Shown here: positions 35,978 through 47,895 of the stretch, piece by piece | How the letters are laid out: every line of letters begins with the position of its first letter | Position numbering within the stretch: the stretch's first letter is position 1 | Source of the DNA: Daphnia carinata | Lineage: Eukaryota | Direction of reading: 5' to 3' | Length of the DNA stretch: 64,000 nucleotides | Assembly (NCBI RefSeq): GCF_022539665.2 | Contig: NC_081333.1 | Coordinates: forward strand, 2,108,001 to 2,172,000 | Notes under the pieces: model-generated | Told to the model about the DNA's origin: nothing | Database searches by the model: none | The model's input: the letters and a program-made list of their open reading frames with translations, nothing else | Program-made: the position numbers and the translations under genes

Positions 35978-38900
35978 ATGACGGGTGAAGTGGTAAGCTA
36001 CTCGGGACCAGGACCGGGAGACTCCAACTCTCATAATGTAGAACCACCAATTGAAAATGATGCTGAGATAGGAAAGCAAAATTCCAGCCCGCCATCATCT
36101 CCTCGGCGCTGTCCGTTCCAGCAATATGTTGATGTTGATAAATTGGGACGTATCAGCGGTACGTCCGTTCTCGATTCACCCGGCATAAGTTCCCTCGGAC
36201 GGAGATCCAATGGCAGAGCATCATTTATGGGAGTGAGAAGGCGTTCACATTTGCATAACAAAACGGCCGAAGAGGTCGAACGCATCGTTCAGGCCGGCAA
36301 GATTCGCGAGCTAAAGAACTGCATCCGTTCACACCAGTGGTTACCGTTCGATTGCGTCCGTTCTCGACTGTGGCAGGTAATTGCACCTCATTAGTTAAAC
36401 ATCTCGTTGACGTACGTTCTCAAATCCTCTCGATTTTGTTGCTAGATCATTTGCAGCGTGCACGTGAAAGATAAGGCCACGATGGACTCATTGTACTGGG
36501 ATACAGTCAAACAAATTTACGGCACTCACGGTACGGATTATCTGTAATCAATCGTGCTAATCCGAATCAATAATTCTTTCTTATCTTGTGACTTACAGAT
36601 CTGGTCACAAAGACTGGCCCGCTACCGACTTTTGTCGAGCCTTCGTTCCAGATGTCTTACTATCTGAACGAAACGGGCATTCAAGTGGCCCGCCGTGTCG
36701 TCAACATCATATCATACTCGTGCCCCGATATCACGTACGCTCCCAGTTTATACCCCATCACTTGTCTCCTGCTCCATTACATGAGCGGTATCTCACATCA
36801 TATTTTATTTTTCTTAAAGACGCTTCTTTTTGTATCTTTGTTTGGCCCCTTTTTTGTTTTTATTTACCTTTTGACGTGTTTTTGTTTATTTCTTGTTTTT
36901 CAGAGGAGGACTGCTACGCCTGCGTTTCGCACATGGTGGCGTCTAAGAAAACTAAATTCATTACGCAAACAAAGTTGCACTTTGAAACCATCTGGAGAAC
37001 GTCAATGATCTTGTGCCGGCGACACGCTGTAAAATTCTGCTAATTGCTACCATCCAACAAACAGACATGTCAATGTCGCATTTTTTTGTCCTCACTTTCT
37101 TTTGTTTAGAAATCCGCCGTTTCATACATTGCTAAACAAGCCGGAGAGAATAGCATTGTAGAGTCTATCCATCAGCAATGGCTGAATTGCATCTTTAAAG
37201 AACTACCATTCCAACATTTGGTATAGAACGTGTTTACAATTCGCACTTGTTCAAATCTTTCATTGTTTTTTTTTACTCTTTCACAATAGGTGCGCGTGAT
37301 GGATTGTTTCTTATTCGAGGGCCGTAAAGTCATGTACCGTGTCTGGATGGCCATTCTCCTACTTTTCCATAGGCATTTGGCATCTCTTCCGTCCAACAAC
37401 CGTAAATAAGATTGTTATTGTTTCCTTTTTTTATTGAAACGTTTAAATACCTGCGTATTTCGAATGCCCCCCACCCACAGGACCTGCGTTGAACAAAGAC
37501 TCTATCGTGGAGTCGGCACTGTTGGGCTTCTGTCGCAATTTGCCTTGTAGCCCGGAGAAGTTACTAAGGACAGCTTATGGAGTGCGGAATTTCAGCTCAT
37601 CCGAAATGGATCGGTTATTCGTCAAGACGGAAATGTATCTCAAATCGAAGGCCGCTGCGTCCGCATCGGGGCCCAACAACAAGAACGTCATGGTGCCGCG
37701 TTCTCGTTCCAGCGACGTCCTACCTACCAGCCAGTCTCAAGTGAACATCCAGATGATGTCTCACACGCTGACAATTCGAGAGGTAATATCCCTGTTATAT
37801 TTCAATTATCTTTTTCTAAAAAAACTAGAAACTATTTAATGAAGTGCTTTCCGGTGTTAAATGTTAACACGTTTGTTGCCGATTTCTCTTGTCTTTCCTT
37901 CTCCCTTCATATCAAACGGGTGGGATTCGGGGTTTGATAGGGTTCCAGATCACCGGGTCTTAGGTCTCGCTCCTTGGGATTGTTCCCGATTCAGGGCGTA
38001 CGTTCTCATGCCGCCGACTACGATCGCGTGAGTCTCATTAACGTCGGTGGCTCGATGTTGTAATTTCAGTTATTTCTTTTTCCCCTCTTTATTTTTACAC
38101 CGCCTGTTAACCTGCAAGCAGAGTTGCCTGATTTGTTGGTTTGCTTGCAAGTTTCTGTTGGATTTTTTTTACTATTTTTTTTTTTTTAGAAAATCGATAA
38201 CTGATCGTATTACTGCACCTCGCGTATGAAGAATGACTTATTGTTTTTATCGTTGGTTGATTAATTAATTATTAACCATAATGTTTTTTTTTCTTTCTGT
38301 TTTATTTAGTTGGTAATGTAAACTCGGTGAGTTATTGTGGCATTATCTTGTGTCGTCCTCGTCGTTTACGTGCGATTTAAATACCGAATTTTACTAACAT
38401 TTCTTCATTTTTTTTTTTAATTATTCACCTGCCTACTCCTCGTAGCTGCTGACGGTTTGGTCTTGGCTTCCGGTGAGGATCACCATGTATCAACCAGAGC
38501 TGTTGTACACAACCGAGGAGCACGGCTGCAGCATGACGACGTTCTTTAACAGAGTAGAACAACACGAACCCACAATCCTCATCGTGAAAACTACAACGGA
38601 AGATGTAAAAAAAAAACGATTAAAACATCTTGTTTGTCATTTAAATTTTAAACTAATTTATTCTTCTTGTTATCAGGTGTTCGGAGCTTATTGCTCAAGC
38701 CGATGGGCAGAACGCAATTCGAAAGATTGCCATGGCGGTCGACAGGGTTATTTTGGAACGGGCGAGACGTTTGTTTTCACGCTCGTACCTAACGAAATCA
38801 AATACCCCTGGGTTGGAATCAGCGCTAGCTCTGAAGGCCCGTCCTGCGTACGACACGCCGCCGAACTCTTCATGGCATCCGACGGGCACATGGTCACTGT

Positions 38901-39135
38901 TGGTGGAGGGTAAGTCAAACATTTTCAAATTCTCCTTCTCTTTTTTTTTTTGGGAGATCAGTCGACTTAAAGAGTTTTTCAATGATGATGCAGAAAAGCC
39001 CAGGCAATTTGGATCGATGAAAACATCCGTTATGGCAAGACTGACGGTTGTTTGACGTTCAATAATCCACCACTAGCCTCTACGACCGATTTTGAGATTA
39101 GAGTTCTCGAAGTCTACGGCTTCCAGAATGTGTAG
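35978..39135 (+). CDS. TBC1D24: TBC + TLDc domain protein (TBC1D24 / skywalker Rab-GAP)
   Basis: Exons 35978-36376, 36446-36530, 36599-36787, 36904-37028, 37110-37220, 37290-37401, 37481-37782, 37941-38027 (likely cassette), 38446-38604, 38677-38909, 38994-39135 (TAG). Motifs RSRLWQ, PDITYAPSLYPITCLLLHYM, VRVMDCFLFEG, WSWLPVRITMYQP.LLYTTEEHGCS, FGTGETFVF, LEVYGF. Confidence 0.95.
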
Positions 39136-42100
39136 TAGTTGAAACCTAAACGAAAAACGACGTGAAACTAAATCGACTGGAGCACAGCCGTGATACGGTC
39201 AGGCAAAAATCCTATCCCTCTACCAATAGACAAAACAAAAAATCCAGGTCGATTTTCAACTATAATTAGCTTTTGTTTTGTTTAATTCTTTTTTTTTTAT
39301 CTCAAGTTTTCCTTCTTTTTGTTCCAAGAGAATTAAACAAAAGCGTTCCATGTTCAAGCTAGACTAGTCGTTGAACCCCTACGTGTGTCAATCCGTCGCC
39401 CCTCGTAAGTAAAAAGAAAACAAGCAGGAATGTGTTGTACTTTTTTTTTTTTTTTCATATAGAGGCTGTGCTCGCGCGCGTATCACATTTTAAAAATTCC
39501 CGAAATATTATTTTTTTTTTGGCTCTATTCGGTTTGGCTTTTGCTTGTTTTTTCGTCTCGTTGCGTTCCCGATGTCTACACGTGTTCTACTTAAACGGGA
39601 ATTTGGCGAGTCCCCACGATGTTCAGGTTTCACGCTCACCAAAGAAGAGGTGACTAGTCAACTTCAGCATGTTAAAATGGTACTGCTCTTTCGGTGGTAA
39701 AATTCGAATTTTGTTTTAAAGAATCCCTGGAAAATAGGAAAACGAGTGTACCTTAAAGCTTTTTTGCTTAGCTTTTGTTTTTGACCATTTGCAAAACGAA
39801 TTGTCATGAATAGCTAAAGAAACAAAAAAAAAATGTGTTTGGCCCTGGAAGACGCATTTGTACATTCCGTGTGGTTCGAATCTCCCGCGTTTGTCTCTCC
39901 GAAATGTACGAATTAGAAGAGGAGTGGGGGGGCAGCTCAACCGACGTAAAAATAGTCGATCAAAAAATTAACGAATTGTCATTTGGTCTACCAACATTTT
40001 TTTTTTTTCGATGGTTGAATTGGCAGTTTTTATTCCCCATTTCGCTGGTGCTCGTATTTTAAATGAAAAAAGAAAACGATGCTTGATGACTAAACAACTC
40101 CGTAATACTTAATAAACGTTTGCATGCGTTGCATTTAATTACGAATGGCTGTAGGTTGTGCGTATCTCTGTCCGCGTTGCTGTCGGTAATATTCTGACAA
40201 GAATATTACTATTTAGAATATATAAGTAAGCGTGAAACAATAGCCGGCCAACACGATTCGTTTTTTTTTTGTGTGTATCTTATTATATTTTTCTTTGAAA
40301 TTTCTTTTCGCTGTCGATTTGTTATTTACATCGTTTCGTCTCCTCCATTATAAATTAAAAGTTTCGATCAACGATATGATTCTCTTTCTATCCCGCTGCT
40401 ACGTACCACCATTCTTATATCAGTACTCTCTCCCTCTCTCTCTAAAAAGAAAAAAAAAAGCTTTTGTTACGTGTAACGTGTACCCCGTGTATAAGTCAAT
40501 AATAATAAAAAAAAACACATTAAAAATATTAGATAGATTTTAAAGAATTAAAAGTTGCGGAATGTTTTGTGCGAAAACAAGAATCGCGGTTGAGATTCTT
40601 GAGATTCGCCGACAGCAAAAAGACATGACAGTACCAACATTGTCGACGTTTCTGTTTTTCTTCCCCTTCTTCGGATTCTTCCAAACAACAACAACAAAAA
40701 AATCGTGAATCCCGCAAGCGACTCGTCAATCCCGTCACATCCCTCGCGGCGTGATTGCGTTGCACTTTCTCTTGCAACTTTCTCGAGACAATCATTCTTT
40801 TTTTTTCTAATTTTTTTTTTTTTTTTGCTAACCACTACCACCATCCCTCAAGCTTCTTTTGTGATCAATCAGACCCTCACCGAATCAGAAACCGACACGG
40901 ACGGGAAGAATAACAAACTGAAAATGCACCGTGTCAAAGAACTTTTTGGGGCGTTTTTGCGGAGAAGGGTTAACAACTTTGCGTTTGAATTAAGCGATTT
41001 GAATTACCGAATTCTTTGAGAGGGTAAAACAATTAATGTTTTTTAATCATCCGTCCGGAAATAAGATGCGAAAAAAACGGTATAGCGCATAGCGTCGTTT
41101 CGTTCTCTTGAGATCCAGAATTTAACTACCGTCGGTTTGCTTATAGAACAAGCTTTAAAAATACAGCTAGCGCCGTATGCAATATAATTGTATTGACGAT
41201 GGACGCTAATGACTACTCTGCTGACCTACTTCTATACAGACGTTAGGGTGCTCAGCGTCTATGATACTTGCATTATGCATTATAGACGTGCATGTTATGA
41301 TTCGAAGCGTAAAAAAGGCGCAACAAAAGCCGCAAGTTACTGCGCTAACAACCGGCAGTGAGCATAATAGCAATAAAAACATGGAAGAGAAATTGTTTTT
41401 GTCTGCGTGTGTGTGTGTGCCTTTTTGCAGCAGCCGGAGGAATTGAGGGCACGGTACCACGACGCACATACATCTGCGCCAAGACCTCCTCTACATATTC
41501 TATGCAGCCTCGATGCTCTTTTTTTTTTTTTTTTTTACTGCAAGACATCACGATCTAGAAAAAGAGTTTTCTCCTCTTTTTTCATGTTATGTTTAGCTCG
41601 CCCGTATTTAACTGGTTCTCCTATTTTTTTGTGCTGTTGTCTCGTTATGTACGGGTGGTGCTGTGACGAACGATGCGAAACGCATCTGGGAAGACGAACC
41701 TTGCTGCACGAAGCGCAAGAAGGTCACGTTCCAGAGTCTCCCTATTTTTGCGGTACTGCTATTTTGTTTCGCTTCTTATTATCACGAGTTATAATTGACC
41801 CAGTTTGATTCTCTTTTCTTTTTTTTCTTTTTTTTTTTTTTTTTTGCTTCCCGCTTCTGGGCTGTTGACTAAACATTTTAAAGTCATCAAAAGTGACTCG
41901 TAGAGTAAACGTAAGAATTATTGTAATGTTATTTTATCGCTTAGCATTCTACCGGATGTAATAATCGTCCATTTAAAAGAATAATTTTCAAGAATGGAAA
42001 AATAAATTTCCATTTGATCGTAAACGCACCCCGTACAATGAAGGCGAACGAAAGCATTCAACTTTTATGATCATAGTCCACCTTCACTTGTAAACGCGTG

Positions 42101-43323
42101 TGGTCATCCTTTTTCCGTTTGTTTTATTAGTGTATTTGTTTTTCATTTCTTCGTAACAGTCATTTAGGTATACGGAACTGCGGGGTACCCGTTAACCTAA
42201 ATAAAATTACTGGTCATTCTTGATGACTAAACCGTTGGCCTTCTTTCCCTATCGCGTTTTCTTTTAAAAAAATAATAAGAGCGACTCGATCCAGCGGCTA
42301 AAGCCGGAAATGTTTCTTTGAATGGGCCTTGTTATTTCCGTTTGGCCGGAATGCAGCCACCCAGGTCTATACGGTCTATTAAAAATAGTTACGCAGAAGA
42401 TCAAGAAAGCGAGTCCTTCGTCATCTGAGATCATTGTGTTCTTTGAAAAAAAAATTGTTTTTCTCTGAGACTATCGAACGATGGAAATCATCTCCCGTTG
42501 CTTTGGAAGTCGTCATGGAACCAAAGGAAGAGCTGAAGTTTTAACGGGACTATCGAGTCGAACGATTACCTCATTGGCCGTTCCTTTTCAATGCATTGCT
42601 GAGCGTCTGTTTTCGGTCGGTTGACGTCGTTTGCGCCCTGATCCCGACAGACTGAGACGTCTAACTTCCATCATCGACACCGTTGCAATCATAAATAGAA
42701 ATAATTTTTTGGTGCGGTGATTGACGAGGGGAGGGCAAAGAAAGTGTCGGATTGTTCATTCTTTTTTTTTTTTTTTGGCTTCATTTTTTTTTTATTATTA
42801 TTATTCTTGTTGCTGCGTGCAGCTGAAAACCCATTTTCCCGATGGCTCGAATCGGTGTCGAGGCGGAACTGAAGACTGCGCAACAACTGCGAGGCTAGAC
42901 TTTAGCTGAGACGTCTCTACTGTTGTACGTACACACAAAAAAAAATCGTGTTCCACTTCTCACTTCGATGCCAGACAAGCGCATTGTTTGGGGTAGTATC
43001 GTAAGCTCTCGTAGTTTTGAACAAAAAATTCCTTTTTTATTTTCATCTTTTCGTTTCTTTCCACCCTGTATACAACAGTCACAACTCACAAAATGGACGA
43101 CGCACACACATACAAACAGAAACAAGAAAAAAAAAAAAAGGTTCTTTTTAAAGATTGAAACGATCCACAATTTGGGATACAGGTAACCGATTAAATCGAC
43201 AAAAATTATGATTAAGGGCGGGTGGGTTTGTAGACTTTCTAAGGGATGGGTGTGTGTGTCTTACAAAAAAGAAAAAAAAAGAAAAATAAAGAAGAAGGTT
43301 AACATTCATCTGGGGGGATGATG

Positions 43324-44991
43324 TTATACATCATTCACGAGCAAGTTTGCGGCCGCTTCGACATTATTTCCTGTCGTTTGCAGGGCCCGCATGACACGGT
43401 CACGGCTAAAGCCCATACTCGTCAAAAAGGTCACGTTCTCCTCGGATGGTGGTATCCGATTATTTGGTCGAGCTTCTACAAAAAAAAAAAAACGCCCAAG
43501 AAAGAAAGGAAGAAGCATGGCTAGATTTCAAAAAAAAAAAGAAAACAAGAGAAGAAAAAAAAATCTCATCTTTTTTATATACCGTTCGGATTGAAAAGAT
43601 TTGGAAAATCGTTGGCTCGCCGTCGCCGTGGGTGTTCGTTGGCACCTTGCTCACCCCATTGCATTTCGGGACCGACAAGACGTTCGGCATACCCCTGCCC
43701 AGTGTTCTGTGTGATAACAACAACAACACGTAAAGTCACGCAAGGAAAAAAAAAAAATGAATAATCGAAGACTGGCTGTGTGGGTTAAAGAAAACAAGAA
43801 TTATTTATTCATTGCCTGCCGAGGTGGTCCGTCCCGGGATCGTTGGAGTAGCATTTGATGCTCAAGCCTTTCCATCTGTTCCTGGCGTTGAATTTCCAAT
43901 GTGGCCCCCATTGGACCGTCTGTAGGTGGCGAAGAGGATAATAGCCGTCCAAGGGTCAGATTTGTCAATCGGGCAAACCAATCTGGTATTACTAGCCAGT
44001 CTTGGATTTTCAAAACATTCCACCTATACAGCAGTCCAGCAGCCTGTGCAAGTAAAAGTATGTCTGTCACGCCTCAAGCATCACGAAAGCGACCATGAAG
44101 ATGGGAAAACCCTTACAATACTACAGAATGCTGCAACAGCCGTCGGGAAAGAGGTACTGCACACTTGTAGACCTACTAAATATGTCAGTGTTTTTCCTGT
44201 AATAGGTATCCCGAGGATATGCGTACGAGTCATTCTCGGAATATCACACAGGTATGGAACGAATAGCGGAAAGATCAATCCATACCTCAGAAAGAAAGCA
44301 AAGAGCAAAAGATGAGATTCATGTTTAGCAGAGGAAAACTTATCTAGCAGACTTACGGGCCAGGAGGAAGATGGCCACTGTGATATGAGCTCCATCCTGT
44401 GGATCTGATGAGCAAAATAAGTGGTACTTGCAGAGCGAGTGAAATCAGACTAGTAGCAAATAGGTGGGATGCAAATTTCTTGGAACCTAGTCGTCTTTCA
44501 AACACTCTAGACATAAAAAAATGGTGAATTTGAAATGCTTTTTTTATTATATCATGAATCAAATTACCTGAAGTAATATATGAGTAATGCAGCACAAATT
44601 AGGTCTTTTGTGTCAAGAAAGGCTGCTTGTACTGTAAACAACCTCCACACCTGTTAGTAATAAAACACCATTTAATGAAAAACTTTCACCTTCCACACAT
44701 GCCGGATTTGAACAGATGATGGAAGTACCTCGCCAGACGTGAAAGTGTTTGGCAGTTGACACATGAGGTATACTCGCAGATGAGACAGAAGTGGGACATG
44801 GATGGCCGTGCAGGTGACGAACAATGCTCCCATCAGTCCTTTTGATACCGGAGCTCGGTCTGTAAAAAAAAGACATATATATATATATTACAGCTTAATG
44901 ACGACTGTACTTTTTCTTTGAAACGTAAACATCAATTAGAACACAACTTACAGAATCCAGTTGTGGAATACTGGGAAATGTAAGTGGCCAT
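43324..44991 (-). CDS. UBAC2: Ubiquitin-associated domain-containing protein 2 (rhomboid-like pseudoprotease + C-terminal UBA)
   Basis: Exons 44991-44952, 44858-44729, 44650-44568, 44506-44357, 44285-44117, 44043-43816, 43706-43583, 43475-43324. Motifs GFYRAPVSKGL, YYFRVFERRLGSKKF, LPPGPYGLIF, GATLEIQRQEQME; UBA SEENVTFLTSMGFSRDRVMRALQTTGNNVEAAANLL. Intron 43707-43815 needs a GC donor. Confidence 0.93.
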
Positions 44992-47895
44992 TCCGGAAGA
45001 GAACTTTGCTTTTCCGTTTTTCCGGTAGAAAGCAAGGAAAAAAAATCTACAAATGAAGCAGAGTTTATCAACAATCCATTGTAAACAAGACCACAAAGTG
45101 AAAATGTCGTCAGGAGAAGTGTGCAAGATGCGCGGATTGATGTACGGAATGAAAAAAGACTTGGCGCGCCAAGTTCGAACGAAGTAATTATCCTAATGAT
45201 TTTTGCCGTTGTAAAAATGAGGTCGTTTTGACGTGATTGATCATTTTGCTGATACAGAAATCCGGATTTTCAGCTTACAAATTTTTTTTTGCCGAGAAGC
45301 TTATCCAGCAAGTAAAAAAAAAAAAGAAAATACGAAAAATGAGGTCATTCACGAAAAAGCCAACAGCAGCACCCGCTCGACGAGAACAAAAAAAGAAAGA
45401 GACCAAAGGTCTCGAGTTATAACCCTCTTGATGATAAATTTTTAACACGACTGCGCAAATTGCGCCACCCTTTCCGACCTTCCGGTAGTTTCACTCTTTG
45501 ACGATCCGTCATCCCCACCAACAGCTACAACATAATTTTGTGTTTCTCCTTTGACTTCTTCCGTGTCTTCCTTTTTTTTTTTTTTATTCAACTGTCACAG
45601 CAATGATAACCATATGTTATGAATTATATTGTATATATATCGAACCCGATGGAGAGCAACCGACATGAGCGCCCTAATTTTTTACGAGTTAGAAAGTTTC
45701 TCTTCCTCGTTGTTGCCCTGTTGTCAACCCATATAGACACACATGGCCCAAATATGGTTATCGGCCAGCCAACTGCTCGGTAAGTTGTATCACAATCGTT
45801 TTTATTGTTATTATTATTATCATTTGTCCGTGTGTCAATTATATTTGAATTAAATTAGGATGGATGAATGAAAAACCGTTGGACATCAAACACACAATTT
45901 TGGAAAACCAAAAATAAATCAAACAGGTACCAAACAATGTTTTTTCTTCTTTCTTTGTAAACGAAAAAAAATTATTTTTTTTTTATTTCGAAAAAAATTA
46001 CAAGTGTTATACAAATATAAATCGATAATAACTCGTCTTTTTTTTTCTTCGTGGGAGTGTGTGGGTGGGTGGGTTTTTCTTGGAGGGGAAGAGCCGCACA
46101 GAAAGAAATACACGAAAGTAAGGCAGCACCGATCTCATAGAATACGGGCGTAAAAAAAAAATTCTCGGAGAATTTGGAGAAAAAAAAAAATGTGTGGATT
46201 ATACAATGGGTCACACACTGAAAAAGAAACTGAAAAGGGCCAGCCCCAGTTGTATCGATTCCAATAAGAAAAAAATAACAGAAAGATTGGAGAATTTTGG
46301 GCCAATTTGTTCATTCATTTACGTTGTTGTTAATTTCGTTTTTTTTTTTTTTTTTTTACACCAGAAGAAATTTTAATTCGTTAATTTTGTTGTAAGTCGC
46401 CTAAATTTTGTTTGTCATTGAAAAATGTTCAGATGAAAATAATAAAATAATCGAACGCAATCTTTTTTCTTGTTTTTTTTTCTTGTTCGTCGCGTTCAAC
46501 ACAGTGACCAGTGCATATTACAAGTGCCGATGATTACGAGAGAGAGATAGACGGTTTGGGATAATATTTATATAATGTATATAATATTTATAGAACACCA
46601 TGAGGACGACGGGGGGACAATTTGGGACGAGGCGGCGAGAAAGCTTTTAACAGCACCATTACAATCAATATGCAAAAAGAAAATTAGAAAAAAAAAAATA
46701 GAAAAAAAAAGAACTTTATATATATTTTTTTAGTGCCGTATTTTGTATGTTTTATATAAATGGTTGCTCGATGTTGACAAGTCCTCCTGAGATTTGAAAG
46801 ACGTTCAACTTCTGTATTGAATCTTTATCGCTTCAAAAACTGAAAGGAACGCCGAAAAAAAAACTCGTGCACATATTTTCTTTGCACGAGTGATCGCCAG
46901 CGAAATGGGGGGAGGGAAAAATAAAGAGGAAATTGAGAAAAAGAAACAAAAAGCATACAAACATACGCACAATCAATCAGACCCACACCACAAAATGTTT
47001 CTCATTATTGTTTTTTTCTTACTCTGTATATAATGTATATGCAAATGAACATGTACACAGGGGAAAAAAAACAAACACACGATTTAATAGCATAGAAAAG
47101 AAAATTATTAGAGGGAAATATTGTGTGAATATAATTATTTTTTCTTTTCCTTAAAGAGCAAGAAAAAGAAAATGTGACAACACCGAGAGAGCAGACGAGA
47201 ATCCTTCCGGTGTGTGGCGGGGGGTAGGTGGTGGAATACAATTTCTGGTATTTTTAGTAATATTTCACTGTTTCCTTTCTGTCTTTTAACAAAATAATTC
47301 CAATTCGTTGTAATCAAATTTTGTGTGTCACAATTTTTTCATCATCTTGCTTTGTTTTTTTTTTTTGGTTATAGAAAATTCTAAATGAAACCGAATGGGT
47401 CGTATAAGAAGAGAATTGGGAGCAAAAGGAAGTGACACGTTTCGTGAAAAAGTAAATAAATTAAATGGGTTTCTTTTCTTTTTTTTTTTCTTTTTTTCAT
47501 AGAACCAGAATTGAATTTTTCTTGTTCACTTTTTTCAGGAATGATACATTTTAAAAAAGTTGTTGCTAACACTACCACAAAATTTCATGAGTGTTGGTAA
47601 GTTTCTATCTTTTTTTGGAACCGGGAAGCCTGATTTCGACAGAGTTGGCCTCTGCATCCTGGTGACATGCACCACATCCCAAGAATAATCGTCATAATGC
47701 TCATCGTACAAGAAAGAGGAGGATATATATCTCTGGGAAGGAAATAAGGAAAAAACAAACAAACAAAGAAACAAAAAGGTTTTTATAATCTCTTTCAATG
47801 CCTGATGAATTCTGGATGAATAATGTTCGATTGCTATACAAATTTTTTTTAGTTAATTTTTTTCTCTCTCCTCGTCTAAATTGAAAAAATATAGG

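Noticed and set aside
9177..38676. Several in-frame stop-free introns (scramblases, timeless, TBC1D24) as a general enrichment
   Set aside because: With about 60 short introns in the window, a handful of 3n stop-free cases is roughly what chance predicts.
39133..39141. Stop-codon readthrough at the TBC1D24 end
   Set aside because: TAG is immediately followed by a second TAG.
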